Shown: positions 10,590 to 20,873 of the stretch, piece by piece | How the letters are laid out: each line of letters opens with the position of its first letter | Position numbering within the stretch: position 1 is the first letter of the stretch | Source: Trichodesmium erythraeum IMS101 | GTDB lineage: Bacteria > Cyanobacteriota > Cyanobacteriia > Cyanobacteriales > Microcoleaceae | Reading direction: 5' to 3' | DNA: 32,000 nucleotides | Assembly: GCF_000014265.1 (NCBI RefSeq) | Contig: NC_008312.1 | Coordinates: 2,100,001 to 2,132,000, forward strand | Made by a program: the position numbers and the translations under genes | The notes under the pieces: generated by a model | Databases searched by the model: none | What the model saw: only the letters and a program-made list of their open reading frames with translations | Told to the model about the DNA's origin: nothing

Positions 10590-12700
10590 TAGATATCTCC
10601 AAAATAGAAAATAAGGTAAAATTATCAAAACCATTTATGTATACAGTCTCTCAAATGAATCTAACTTTAGAATATATTTATAATCATCCAAAAGAAACAA
10701 AAAGAATTATTGGTATTACTTATAAACAGCTAATAAAATTAATAGAAAATGCTCCAAGAATAGAATCATAAAAAAAGTCGGCGATCGCGAAAACAGAAAA
10801 AGATTAATTAAAATAGGTGGATTCAGAAAAAAGAATTTAACAAAGGAAGAAAAAATAATTTTAACATGATTTTATTTACATCAAATACCAAGTTTTCAAA
10901 CATTAGGAATTGGTGGTCCTGTATATGTAGTGATAAGCCAATATAAATGATTATTTATTGACATTAATCTTGTTGAAAATATTAAGTTTTTTATACTTAA
11001 TAATTCAAAATTATTATCTAGGCGATCGCTACATAATAATCAGTTATCAAACTATCAGGAATTAAGCTCAACTATCATGAAAAAAGTATGCTATTATCTA
11101 TAACAGTAATAAGAAAAAATCTATATAATTCAGATGTCCATTCATAAATTAATCTGTCCTAGTTGTGGCAGTAATCATATTGTCAAAAATGGGACTATTC
11201 ACAACAAAAAACAAAAATATCAATGTCAAAATTGTCTCTGACAATTTGTCGAAAATAGTCAAAGAGATTATATTAGTAATGAAACCCAAGAACTGATTGA
11301 TAAATTAAAATAGAGAAAAAATTAGTTTGGCTGGTATAATCTGTGTAATAGGTGTGTCAGAAAAATGGAACCAGAATTACGTCAATAATAAGTATGCTGA
11401 GGTTTTACGCTCTATTAAATGTACTAAAAAAAACCGGTAAACTCACCATTCAATGTGATGAAATGTGGTCATTTGTAGGCAATAAAAATAATAAACAATG
11501 GCTGTGGTTAGCGATTGATATAGAAACTCAAGAAATTGTGGGTTTTTACTTAGGGGAAAGAGGAGAAAAAGGGGCAGCATAGATTATGGAATTCTAACCC
11601 ACGGTGTCTTAAGGCCGTGTGCAGTTTGTTATACAGATTTTTGGTCAGCTTACGAGCTTGTCTTTCCTGAAGAGAGATATAAATCAGTGGGGAATATTCA
11701 GGTTTAACAGCTTATATAAAAAGATTAAATAATACTTTGTGTCAAAGAATTTCTCGGTTGCTCAGAAAGACTTTATCCTTTTCTAAAAAGCTTCGGTCCC
11801 ATCTAGGAGATATTTGGTATTTCATTAATCATTATAATGAAGCGATCGCTTCACTGTAATTTTATCACTACATATACAGGGCCACCAGGAATTAACTTTG
11901 GTATAAGTGAATCAAGTGCTAATAATATTTTTCATTACTGGATAGATATTCTTAGAGAATTACTGCCAGTAAGTTTATTAGAACAAGTAAAAAAAAAAGA
12001 AAATGAATTGGAATGGGTAAAGGAGATATTAACAGAATTAGAATTAATTGTAGATAGTACAGAACAAGGTAGAGAAAGGCCAAGTGAATATAAAAACCAA
12101 GAAAAATATCAAATATGAAAAAAGAAAAATCATACTTTTAAAAATCAAATAATAACGACACCAAAAGGAACAGAAATAGTGAATTTAATAGTAGAAAAAA
12201 AAGGTTTAGTAAGTGATGTAAAAATATTAAGAAAACAACCGAATAAATTTGATAAACAACAAAAATTTTAAGGATATAAAGCTGATGAAGGATTAGAAAT
12301 AACTACTACACCAAAAAAGAAACCAAGAAAAAAAATGCTACCATAAATCAAAGAAGAAAATCAAGAAAAAGCAAAAAAAAGAATATTTGTAGAACATGTA
12401 ATCAGATTAATTAAAATATTTTGAATTCTTAGAAAAAGATTCAGATTAAAAGATAATAATTCTCGAAAAGTAATTTTAAAAATATATGGTTTATTGCGAC
12501 TAATAATTGGCTAATTTATATTAGTAAAAATCATCAAAAACTGAGATAAAAATAATAAATAAAAGTCTAATAAATATTTGAATTAGTAACACGAAGTATC
12601 TCTGATACCCATAAAAATGTACAAATTAACTATCTTCAAGGTGAGCTAACGCTCCACTAAAAATAGTTAGTATAAGCGTTTGAGTATTTTTGGAGATGTC
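10590..12700 (+). mobile_element. IS5-family (Harbinger-like, DDE_Tnp_4-type) element copy 1, dead, itself interrupted by an IS1
   Basis: Termini are (TA)GATATCTCCAAAA... and ...TTTTGGAGATGTC. It is flanked by a direct repeat of the tnpB target: TAATAGATAT at 10587-10596 and 12701-12710, so the true duplication is 3-10 bp depending on where the terminus is placed. Transposase fragments read MNLTLEYIYNHPKETKRIIGITYKQL... and ...GINFGISESSANNIFHYWIDILRELLPVSLLEQVKK... (ORF 11837..12118), followed by stop-riddled DDE sequence. Confidence 0.65.
10912..11886 (+). mobile_element. IS1-family element copy 1 (dead transposase 11134-11859)
   Basis: 25-bp inverted repeats GGTGGTCCTGTATATGTAGTGATAA (10912-10936) and TTATCACTACATATACAGGGCCACC (11862-11886). 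7-bp direct repeat AGGAATT at 10905-10911 and 11887-11893. The reading MSIHKLICPSCGSNHIVKNGTIHNKKQKYQCQNC.*, ...QCDEMWSFVGNKNNKQWLWLAIDIETQEIVG..., ...LSFSKKLRSHLGDIWYFINHYN is IS1 InsAB-like, with several stops and frameshifts. Confidence 0.8.
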
Positions 12701-13411
12701 TAATAGATATTCCTTAAGCTTTGTTGTAGAAATTCAACCAGAAGTTTGATCTAAAACTGATAACTCAGTAGGTATAAATTTAAGCATCAAAACTTTTGCT
12801 ACATTCAGCAATGGTACAAAAATTGATGCACCAAAACTATTCAAGAAATGAATTAAGAAATATAGACAATTAAGTAAGTTATTATCGCGCTAAAACTAGG
12901 GGTACTAAAACGTGTGAAATAGCTAGGCTGAAGCTAGCTAAATTTCATGTCAAGTTAAAATATACTAGAACTGATTTTCTGCATAAGTTATCTACTCAAA
13001 CAAAATACGAAAACCAAGTAATAGTTTTAGAATACTTAAATGTTTCAGGAATGGTTAAAAACCGTAAATTATCCAGAGCTATTTCAGATTTTGGTTGGAG
13101 ACAATTTAGAATACTTTTAGAGGAAAAGGCAGAAAAATGCGGTAAAGAATTTAGAGTCATTGATAGATGGTAACCGACCTCTCAAGTATGCTCATGTTGT
13201 GGTTTTTGTGGAAGCAAATTAGACCTTTCAGGGGCGAAAATGGGAATGCCTTAGTTGCCGTACAAAACACGACCGTGATACGAATGCAGCAATAAACATA
13301 TTAGTCGCGGGTGGGCAGTCCGAGACATTAAACGGACGTGGAGGCAAGGGTAAGACTACTGCCAAAGTAGCAGGCGCCGATGAAACGTTGACCCACCTTG
13401 AGCTGATATAG

Positions 13412-13490
13412 CTATCTTTATTTGATTGAGATAACTATTAGGTGGATAGGAATAGGAATCTCCGCGCCTTTAGGCCGGAAAGGATGTCAA
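13412..13490 (+). other. IS605-family right end (expected 3' part of the TnpB omega-RNA scaffold)
   Basis: Lies directly after the tnpB stop. GGAATCTCCGCGCCTTTAGGCCGGAAAGGATGTCAA forms an imperfect hairpin and ends in GGATGTCAA, like the second relic in the window. Assignment to an omega/reRNA follows from published TnpB biology, not from expression data. Confidence 0.4.
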
Positions 13491-13588
13491 AAGTAAAACA
13501 ATTACTTTTTTCAGTCTAGAAAAAAGTTCCATAAAGTTTTAGAATGAAGTTTTGTAGATAGTAAAGTTTGAGGTATTAAGAATCAACA

Positions 13589-14314
13589 GTGAGAAAAACT
13601 ATAATTGCTGGTAATTGGAAAATGTACAAGACCCAACTAGAAGCTAAAGAGTTTCTCGAGGGTTTGATGTCTCAACTAACAAAAACCCCCGAAGAACGTG
13701 AAGTAGTTCTCTGCACTCCCTTCACGGCACTAGATTTTATGTCAAAAATTTTGCATGGGAGTCTGATCAGGTTAGGTGCGCAAAATGTTCACTGGGAAGA
13801 TGAAGGAGCATATACAGGAGAAATTTCTGGCTTAATGCTGAAAGATGTGGGAGTTAGTTATGTAATTGTGGGTCACAGTGAGCGCCGTCAATATTTTGGC
13901 GAAACTGATGAAACGGTGAATATGCGCTTAAAAGCTGCTCAGAAGCACGGTTTAACCCCTATTCTCTGTGTGGGAGAAACTAAACAACAAAGAGATTCAG
14001 GTGAGACAGAATCACATATATTTTCTCAGTTGGCCAATGATTTAGTTGATGTCGATCAAGAAAATCTAGTAATTGCTTATGAACCAATATGGGCCATTGG
14101 TACTGGTGATACCTGTGAAGCTAAAGAAGCTAACCGAGTTATTGGTTTAATTCGTGGTAAGTTAAATAATTCTAATGTCACTATTCAATATGGCGGTTCT
14201 GTTAAACCTAATAATGTTGATGATATTATGGCACAAGAAGAAATTGATGGTGCTTTAGTTGGGGGTGCAAGTTTGAATCCCGAGAGTTTTAGTCGTTTGG
14301 TTAACTATCAATAA
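13589..14314 (+). CDS. tpiA: Triosephosphate isomerase
   Basis: 241-aa ORF with a GTG start. Motifs: [40 protein letters not shown]. Confidence 0.95.
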   Translation: MRKTIIAGNWKMYKTQLEAKEFLEGLMSQLTKTPEEREVVLCTPFTALDFMSKILHGSLIRLGAQNVHWEDEGAYTGEISGLMLKDVGVSYVIVGHSERRQYFGETDETVNMRLKAAQKHGLTPILCVGETKQQRDSGETESHIFSQLANDLVDVDQENLVIAYEPIWAIGTGDTCEAKEANRVIGLIRGKLNNSNVTIQYGGSVKPNNVDDIMAQEEIDGALVGGASLNPESFSRLVNYQ

Positions 14315-15234
14315 CTTCAATTTTTTCTTGTTCCCGGGAACTTGGAATTGGGAATCGGTGAAGACATGAGAGATATATTGGTCACTTATTTTTCTTTTCA
14401 AGAAAATAGGTGAAAACACAATTATTTGTTACTTGTTTTTCACCGTAACTTTAGTAACTATCTTGCTCATTTTCCTCTTTTTCTTTAATATTTATTCCTT
14501 CTTCCTTTTTCTATCGGGAGGTTGCATCCAAGGTTCCTACCTTATATAACATATAACAAAGTGATTAGTTAACACCCTCCCCAACTGTTAAACTCAGGGG
14601 GAGTCCTATTTGCTCCCAAATTCAAAGGCAGGTTAACCTTGGGGTGTGTGTCCGTTATAGTCATGGTCGGGCATTCCAAGATATTTTTGGAGTTGGCTCT
14701 TCTTTGTCTTTTTCAGGAGTAGAAGAGTAGGAGAGTGGGTATGTACATAGCAATTAATATAATGAAGAGAGGATATAGAAATTTATATAGGAGGTAGTCA
14801 GATATATTTGTCTATTGTCGCCCTCTGCTATGGGATCCAACAAAATACAATTCATGGACGAGCTTGAGGGACCGAAAACCAGGCACTTTTTCACAGCCAA
14901 AAATGCTTAAAGCCTTTATTTGTAAATGCTTTGATATTTAATCACAAAGCAATAATTCACATCATTATTATAACTCAAGAGTACAAAGTTATCCTAAAAA
15001 ACGATTGGCTTATCATTACTGAAAGTATTATGAAAGTTTAGCAAGAAAAGGCTTACAGCACCTAAGAGAGTTTAATACCTTGAGATAGCGAAAGCTTTAG
15101 CTGGCAATAGTTACTCAAAGAACTTTGTAGAATGTATTACTTACTATAGGATATTTCTTTAAAAAAAACAACTAGTCTCCCACTGATGGGCAAGCTTTTA
15201 AAGCAAATTTTTTGGTAAACAGGGAATAGAAAAA

Positions 15235-16080
15235 ATGCAGAGTTTAACTGAAAGTTTTATTTGGGGAAAACGTACCTACATAATGGGTATTTTGAATGTT
15301 ACACCAGATAGTTTTAGCGATGGTGGTGATTTTAATACACCAGAAACAGCTTTAATGCAGGCAAAAAAAATGGTGAAGGCGGGTGCTGATATGATTGATA
15401 TTGGTGGTCAATCAACTAGACCAGGGTCTGAAGTTGTTTCCATAGATGAGGAACTTAATCGTGTTTTAGCAATAATTAAGTTGTTAAGAAGCAATAAAAA
15501 TATTGGTGCTGAAATTATAATTTCTGTTGATACTACTAGGGCGATAGTTGCAGAAAAATCTGTTGAAGCTGGTGCTAATTTAATTAATGATATTTCTGCT
15601 GGAACATATGATGATGAAATGTTTTCTGTGGTAGCTGCTCTGAAAGTTCCGATTATCTTAATGCACATCCGTGGTACACCAAAAACTATGCAAAAATTGA
15701 CAGACTATCAAGATTTAATTGGGGAAATTTATCAGTTTTTAGAGAGCAGAATTAAGATTGCTTTTAAAGCAGGAATTAAAAGAGAGAAAATTATTATTGA
15801 CCCTGGTATTGGTTTTGCTAAAAATTACGAACAAAATTTAGAAATTATCCGCAATTTATCAAGATTTAAAAGTTTAAATTGTCCCATTTTAGTGGGATTA
15901 TCTCGTAAAAGTTTTATTGGTCAAATTTTAAATCAACCTAATGCTAAACAAAGGGTTTGGGGAACTGCTGCTGGTTGTGTGGCAGCGATCGCTCAATACG
16001 TAGATATTTTACGGGTTCACGATGTTAAAGAAATGTCTGAAGTTTGTCGAGTTGCTGATATTATTTTTAGGAATAAATAA
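15235..16080 (+). CDS. folP: Dihydropteroate synthase
   Basis: 281-aa ORF. Motifs: IMGILNVTPDSFSDGG, DIGGQSTRPG, INDISAG, IIDPGIGFAK, LVGLSRKSFIG, LRVHDV. Confidence 0.95.
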   Translation: MQSLTESFIWGKRTYIMGILNVTPDSFSDGGDFNTPETALMQAKKMVKAGADMIDIGGQSTRPGSEVVSIDEELNRVLAIIKLLRSNKNIGAEIIISVDTTRAIVAEKSVEAGANLINDISAGTYDDEMFSVVAALKVPIILMHIRGTPKTMQKLTDYQDLIGEIYQFLESRIKIAFKAGIKREKIIIDPGIGFAKNYEQNLEIIRNLSRFKSLNCPILVGLSRKSFIGQILNQPNAKQRVWGTAAGCVAAIAQYVDILRVHDVKEMSEVCRVADIIFRNK

Positions 16081-16189
16081 TTATCAAATCTTGGCACGAC
16101 CATCTTCGGTGAAACAACCATAACTCACTTTTAACGAAATCCTCTAAAACTAAGCGGTCGATACTGACAACCAATAACTGATAACTCAA

Positions 16190-17215
16190 ATGTCTCGTTC
16201 TAAAGCTCTTTATTCTTATATATTAATCCGTTTGCTATTGGCACCACTGATGTTGTGGACAATTAGTACTTTAGTTTTCTTATTATTACGAGCAACTCCT
16301 GGAGACCCTGTAGATGCTATTCTTGGGCCAAAAGCTTCAACGGCAACTAAAGAAGCTCTCCGGTCCCAACTTGGTTTAGATGGTTCACTACTAAAACAGT
16401 ATCTTAACTATCTAGGAAAATTATTTAGTTTTGACTTAGGTACATCAATGACTACTCGTGGTGAGTCAGTTTGGCAAATTATTCAAAATTATTTTCCAGC
16501 TACTTTAGAATTAGCAGTATTTAGTATGGCGATCGCTCTAATTGTTGGGATTACTATTGGGTCTATTGCTGCTTCTCATCCCAATACTCGTTTAGATCTT
16601 GGTGGGCGTTTATTTGGAATTATTACTTATGCAGTTCCACCTTTTTGGGCAGGTATGATTTTACAATTAATTTTTGCAGTACAGTTAAAATGGTTTCCTC
16701 TAGGTACTCGTTTTCCTACTAGTGAAAATCCACCTCCAAGCATTACAGGTTTATACACAATTGATAGTATTTTAAGTGGTAATATCGAGCATTTTTTTAC
16801 ATCTATATATTATTTAGCTTTACCGAGTTTAACTTTAGGAATTTTGCTAAGTGGTATTTTTGAAAGAATCGTAAGAATTAATCTCAAACAAACATTAAAA
16901 GCTGATTATGTCGAAGCTGCTAGAGCAAGAGGTATTTCTGAATTAAGAATATTATTTGCTCATGCTTTGAAAAATGCCATGATTCCAATAATTACGGTTT
17001 TAGGATTAACATTTGCTGCTTTATTAGGAGGAGCAATATTAACAGAAGTAACTTTTTCTTGGCCTGGTTTGGCAAATAGATTATATCAGGCAATTAGTTC
17101 GCGAGATTATCCAACTGTGCAAGGAATAGTCGTATTTTTTGCTGGTATTGTTGTTGTAGCTAGTATTTTTATTGATATTTTAAATGCTTACATAGATCCG
17201 AGAATTAGGTATTAA
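16190..17215 (+). CDS. ABC transporter permease, DppB/OppB (peptide/nickel) type
   Basis: 341-aa ORF. It has the N-terminal RLLLAPLMLW..LVFLLLRATPGDPV motif, several hydrophobic spans, and an EAA-type loop DYVEAARARGISELRILFAHALKNAMIPIITVLGL. No partner permease, ATPase or binding-protein gene lies in the window. Confidence 0.9.
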   Translation: MSRSKALYSYILIRLLLAPLMLWTISTLVFLLLRATPGDPVDAILGPKASTATKEALRSQLGLDGSLLKQYLNYLGKLFSFDLGTSMTTRGESVWQIIQNYFPATLELAVFSMAIALIVGITIGSIAASHPNTRLDLGGRLFGIITYAVPPFWAGMILQLIFAVQLKWFPLGTRFPTSENPPPSITGLYTIDSILSGNIEHFFTSIYYLALPSLTLGILLSGIFERIVRINLKQTLKADYVEAARARGISELRILFAHALKNAMIPIITVLGLTFAALLGGAILTEVTFSWPGLANRLYQAISSRDYPTVQGIVVFFAGIVVVASIFIDILNAYIDPRIRY

Positions 17216-17236
17216 AATTATGTTGAAAATTATGGC

Positions 17237-17264
17237 GCAAGTATTTTTTAGAAAAAATACTTGC
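17237..17264. terminator. Hairpin between convergent genes (candidate bidirectional intrinsic terminator)
   Basis: GCAAGTATTTTTT-AG-AAAAAATACTTGC is a perfect inverted repeat. It lies 22 nt after the permease stop and 14 nt after the amine oxidase stop. The A/T runs inside the arms could serve either strand. Confidence 0.5.
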
Positions 17265-17277
17265 ACTATCAACCTAA

Positions 17278-19272
17278 TCAAGACTCAATAATTGGATTTG
17301 GGGGAATATCTAAAGCTGGGTTTTCATCAAAGAAGTTCCAAGGCTTGAGTTTAAAGTGCATAGAATGAACAGGCATAATTGGCCAATCTTCAGCACGCAC
17401 CATGTGAGTAGTTCCCATGGTGTACCACATTACAACGTCTTCTCCTACCAAAAGCTCATTATCTTGTATATAGGATGGTAAACCTTGACCGGGAACTCCC
17501 TGATTAGGATAGTTTCCAGCAGCATAAAGTTCTTCTGGATCGTACTGAGTAAACCAGGCATGATGATTGCTAAAACCTGAAAGTTGACGCGCTTCAGCAA
17601 AAGGAGATAACTGATTGAAGGCATTTTCTCCAGGCATTAAGGCATAAGCTGTTGGCAAACCAACCTGATTTTTATTCTCCAGACTATTAACCATCCACAT
17701 ACGACTCTGGTATGTATTAACATCTCTAACAGCAGCAGTTTCTACCTCTAAGGGAATGCCTTGCATAACAAAAGCATTGCCAGCAGGGTTGTCTAATCCT
17801 GCTGGAAGTGAAACTACATTCATTTCTATTGGCATATTTGTAATTCCATCTACATCCATGTCAAGGCGGAAATTGAAGAAATGCTGGTGATTTACACCAA
17901 TCAGATTTGGAGCAATCAAAGTTCCATAAGCATCACTTTCACTTAGGGTTTCCATATCGGTTGCTTCTGTACCTTTAGCTAAAATAATTCCAGTTAAATC
18001 AGCTTCAACTTTTAATGTCCCATCCTGTTGAAATACCCAGTTAACAGCATAATCGTAGTTACCAATAGTCATAATAGACCGCATTACTAGCTCTCGACTA
18101 CGACGAGATTCAATTTCTTCGGTCAGGTCAAAGTCAAAATGTGACCAGAGTAGTCCACCCTGCCGTTCGTAAATTGCTGCTGCTCCCTCCCAGAGATATG
18201 GTTCTCCTAAATCATCAGCAAAAGTCCCATCTAACAACTTTGCATTTTCTGGTATGTCTCTGCCTACTTCCATTGGATAAGTAAAGCGTCCTATACTATA
18301 TTCCCCTACATCTAAAGCATTTCTAACCCTCCAATTTCCATCAGGATCACCATAGGGAACCGATAATTCAGACAATGAACCACGATAAAGAATGGAGCGA
18401 TCATCATAGCTAACTTGGTGCAATACCAACCCAGTTCGAGGATCAATGGAGTAACGAAAATCCCATTTATCCCAACTTATTTGATTGCCATTAAATTCAT
18501 AGCTTGCTCCTTCTGGTTCAACAATTTCTAATGGTGGTAGCGGCTCGCGCAAGTCTATTTCATCTGCACGAAATCCCGCATCACCAGCAATAGGAATATT
18601 TCCCGAGTCACTGACATTGAGAATTTGATTATTTGTCAGATCGACGGTGACAAGCAACCCCTCAATAGGTCGTCCATAAAAGTTAATGTCATCTCCAATC
18701 ACATAGGGAATTCCACGAATCAAGCGAGAACCTGTGGCAGCTTCTTCTTGGCTTAGAGGACCTGGTGCCCAACCTGTAAAGTAAACATTGTCTGGATTAA
18801 TTCTCCGCCTTTCCAGAGCAGCTAAAACTTCTGGATCGCTGGCAGTTAATTCTTCTAGGGCATCGTAATCATCTGGATCGAGGATTTGTACAAATACATT
18901 AGGGATTTGCTCCCAACTTTCAACTTCTCCAGTAATTAAATCGACTACTGCTTCATAGGTAATATTTGCTTGTGAATCAAATACTACAGCAAATGCTTCT
19001 CTCTCAAAGGGAGTACCGGGAGTATGAGTTACTACTTTTTCTTTTGCCGGTTCATTTAGGGCGATTCGAGGAAAAAATGTTGCTTCACTGAGGAGTTGTT
19101 GCTCTCCAATAATTTTAACTGTTGCTTCAATTTCTTCTGCTGTTAAGGGATCTAGAGGATGACTTTCAGCACTTGAAATTTGACTCAATTTAATTAATGA
19201 ATTATCTATATGAGTGAATGAATCGGTTAATAAGATTGGGTTTTCATTATTTTCTAAGATATTTAGTTCCAT
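17278..19272 (-). CDS. Copper-containing (topaquinone) primary amine oxidase
   Basis: 664-aa ORF. It has the HPLDPLTAEEI N-domain start, the TPQ precursor consensus NYDY (TIGNYDYAVNW), HxH copper ligands in GVNHQHFFNFRLDMDVDG, and a third His in GTTHMVRAEDWPIMP. No obvious signal peptide. Confidence 0.93.
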   Translation of the reverse strand: MELNILENNENPILLTDSFTHIDNSLIKLSQISSAESHPLDPLTAEEIEATVKIIGEQQLLSEATFFPRIALNEPAKEKVVTHTPGTPFEREAFAVVFDSQANITYEAVVDLITGEVESWEQIPNVFVQILDPDDYDALEELTASDPEVLAALERRRINPDNVYFTGWAPGPLSQEEAATGSRLIRGIPYVIGDDINFYGRPIEGLLVTVDLTNNQILNVSDSGNIPIAGDAGFRADEIDLREPLPPLEIVEPEGASYEFNGNQISWDKWDFRYSIDPRTGLVLHQVSYDDRSILYRGSLSELSVPYGDPDGNWRVRNALDVGEYSIGRFTYPMEVGRDIPENAKLLDGTFADDLGEPYLWEGAAAIYERQGGLLWSHFDFDLTEEIESRRSRELVMRSIMTIGNYDYAVNWVFQQDGTLKVEADLTGIILAKGTEATDMETLSESDAYGTLIAPNLIGVNHQHFFNFRLDMDVDGITNMPIEMNVVSLPAGLDNPAGNAFVMQGIPLEVETAAVRDVNTYQSRMWMVNSLENKNQVGLPTAYALMPGENAFNQLSPFAEARQLSGFSNHHAWFTQYDPEELYAAGNYPNQGVPGQGLPSYIQDNELLVGEDVVMWYTMGTTHMVRAEDWPIMPVHSMHFKLKPWNFFDENPALDIPPNPIIES

Positions 19273-19915
19273 AGTTTAATTGAAAAAGTAAAGGAAACTT
19301 TAGATTTATTAAGATTTAGTAGGATATTCTTGCTTTATAGCTATCTTTATTATAGCAATCTAAATTATGGCAACTAGTACAATAGTGATTTTAGGTTTTG
19401 AATAATCATATGGCAATTAGGAATGATTTATTAGAAAGGGTGGGTTATATATTTTATTAAATCATAAATTCAAGTAATTTTATTTTATATTTTTAGTCTG
19501 AAATATAATTATTAATTGCTGTTATTAAATAATATAAGGCTGACAAAATATAAGTTATTATTTTATTAATACATACTTAATAGCTTTTAAGATATAGTTA
19601 AATATTTTCTAGGTTAGCTATGATAAATTACCACAAAATAAATTACGGAAACTTTGCTAGGTAAGAATTATTAGTTAGGATAGCCAAATTTTCTTAAAGT
19701 GATAGAATTGAGAAAAATTTAGCATTACTAAAAAATTTTCAGTTTGCCAAAATTGAACTATAATTAATCCCTTAGGTTTAACTATTTACAATATAGCACT
19801 AGTTAAAATGCTCAAAATGAAAAACTTACTTATAACTAGCAGTTTTTTTTACTTTTACCTTTCAGCTTCTTGTTTAGCAAAAACTCATGAGTTTTCTGAA
19901 TATAATTTAAAAAAA

Positions 19916-20136
19916 TAGGAATTTTGCTAAGTGTTATTTTTGAAAGAATAGTAATAATTAATCTCAAACAAACATTAAAAGCTGATTATGTCGAAGCTGC
20001 TATATCAAGAGGTACTCCTGAATTAAGAATATTATTTCCTCATAGTTTTAAGAATACTATGATTCCAATAATTACGGTTTTGGGCTTAACTTTTGCTGCT
20101 TTATTAGGAGAAGCAATATTAATAAAAGTAACTTTT
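19916..20136 (+). pseudogene. Duplicated 3' fragment of the ABC permease gene, part 1
   Basis: Ungapped alignment to 16836-17056, roughly nine in ten bases identical by eye. ORF 19924..20148 reads ...IFERIVIINLKQTLKADYVEAAISRGTPELRILFPHSFKNTMIPIITVLGLTFAALLGEAIL. The upstream part of the gene is absent, and the fragment is truncated by the IS4 insertion at 20137. Confidence 0.85.
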
Positions 20137-20418
20137 ATCACGGGGTGATAAGCAGCTAAAAAACATTGTTGGATAAGGGTTTAAAGAATAATAAGTGAGG
20201 GTGAAAAATTGACTGATTTTGTGATAAGGGATAATCATTCTTGTTGTTAGTGTGCTTCGCTCACCCACACCACCAACCCCTTTTGATTTATTTTTCAAAT
20301 ATATGAATCTCAGAACATTTATGTAAATCAATTAAAAAATTTGAGCGATCGTCAATTAAAATTTTTAGCCCTGAGATAAATTATCAAAGTTACTTGCATC
20401 TAATTAAATAATTTCTAG

Positions 20419-20873
20419 TTAGGACATAGCTCTTAATCCTCTCCGATAATCAGGCTTTTTCTGAGGATTTAAATTCATAATATTTTCCACAATATCAAAT
20501 AAATAATTCCCAGCAAGCGTCCACAAATAACCATACATACTCACCCAAAAATTACTATTTATTTTATCTTTTCTCTTCGCCTCTGTTAATCTACAAATAT
20601 AGTTTTGAGACTCATATTTTTTGATAAGTCTACCTGGATAAAATGAAGTAGTATAAGCGATTTGAGCAGTAAAATTAAATTAGTCAAACCTTGTACATTG
20701 GCTTTACTTCCTTCTAGATTATATCCACCTGTTTTGCAGTCTTTAAATATCACTTCAATACCCATTCTCGACCGAGAAATTTTGAGAAATTCATCTAAAC
20801 TTTCAATATTTGTCAACAAGTACCAAGGCTCTTTTTCTATCTTTTCTTTATATTTTCGTTTCCAATATATAAC
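20419..20873 (-). pseudogene. IS4-family transposase, C-terminal fragment
   Basis: Minus strand reads ...YWKRKYKEKIEKEPWYLLTNIESLDEFLKISRSRMGIEVIFKDCKTGGYNLEGSKANVQGL... (ORF 20586..20819). After a frameshift it reads ...GWVSMYGYLWTLAGNYLFDIVENIMNLNPQKKPDYRRGLRAMS* with the stop at 20419-20421. Confidence 0.75.

Larger units (their letters stand above)
10099..13411 (+). pseudogene. tnpB: TnpB (IS605 OrfB, RNA-guided nuclease family) pseudogene, split by a nested IS at 10590-12700
   Basis: The 5' part (10099-10589) reads MRAKYRYRIYPTKYQLTKLS*...SIPLQQSLNDLNTAYQNFF...GKLKVVWSRKLPSLPSSVTIIKDSGNRY. The 3' part (12701-13411) continues SLSFVVE... to the zinc-finger and RuvC end ([53 protein letters not shown]...THLELI*). 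Both halves contain many stops and frameshifts. Confidence 0.8.
9540..13490 (+). mobile_element. IS200/IS605-family element (divergent tnpA and tnpB remnants) hosting two nested insertions; left boundary approximate
   Basis: A Y1-transposase remnant on the minus strand and a tnpB frame on the plus strand start about 40 bp apart (IS605-like divergent layout). The right end has an imperfect hairpin followed by AGGATGTCAA (13481-13490), the same terminal motif as the second tnpB relic at 31683-31723. Confidence 0.6.

Noticed and set aside
15408-15668. 86-aa minus-strand ORF
   Set aside because: It is antisense inside folP, which has all diagnostic motifs.
19808-19918. Short ORF MLKMKNLLITSSFFYFYLSASCLAKTHEFSEYNLKK* with a signal-peptide-like start, just upstream of the permease fragment
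   Set aside because: It is only 36 codons and ends at the duplication junction. It could be the stump of a truncated gene, but there is no way to support that from the sequence alone.
20119-20331. 70-aa minus-strand ORF
   Set aside because: It lies within the long terminal inverted repeat of the IS4 element, and the mirrored right end has no equivalent frame.
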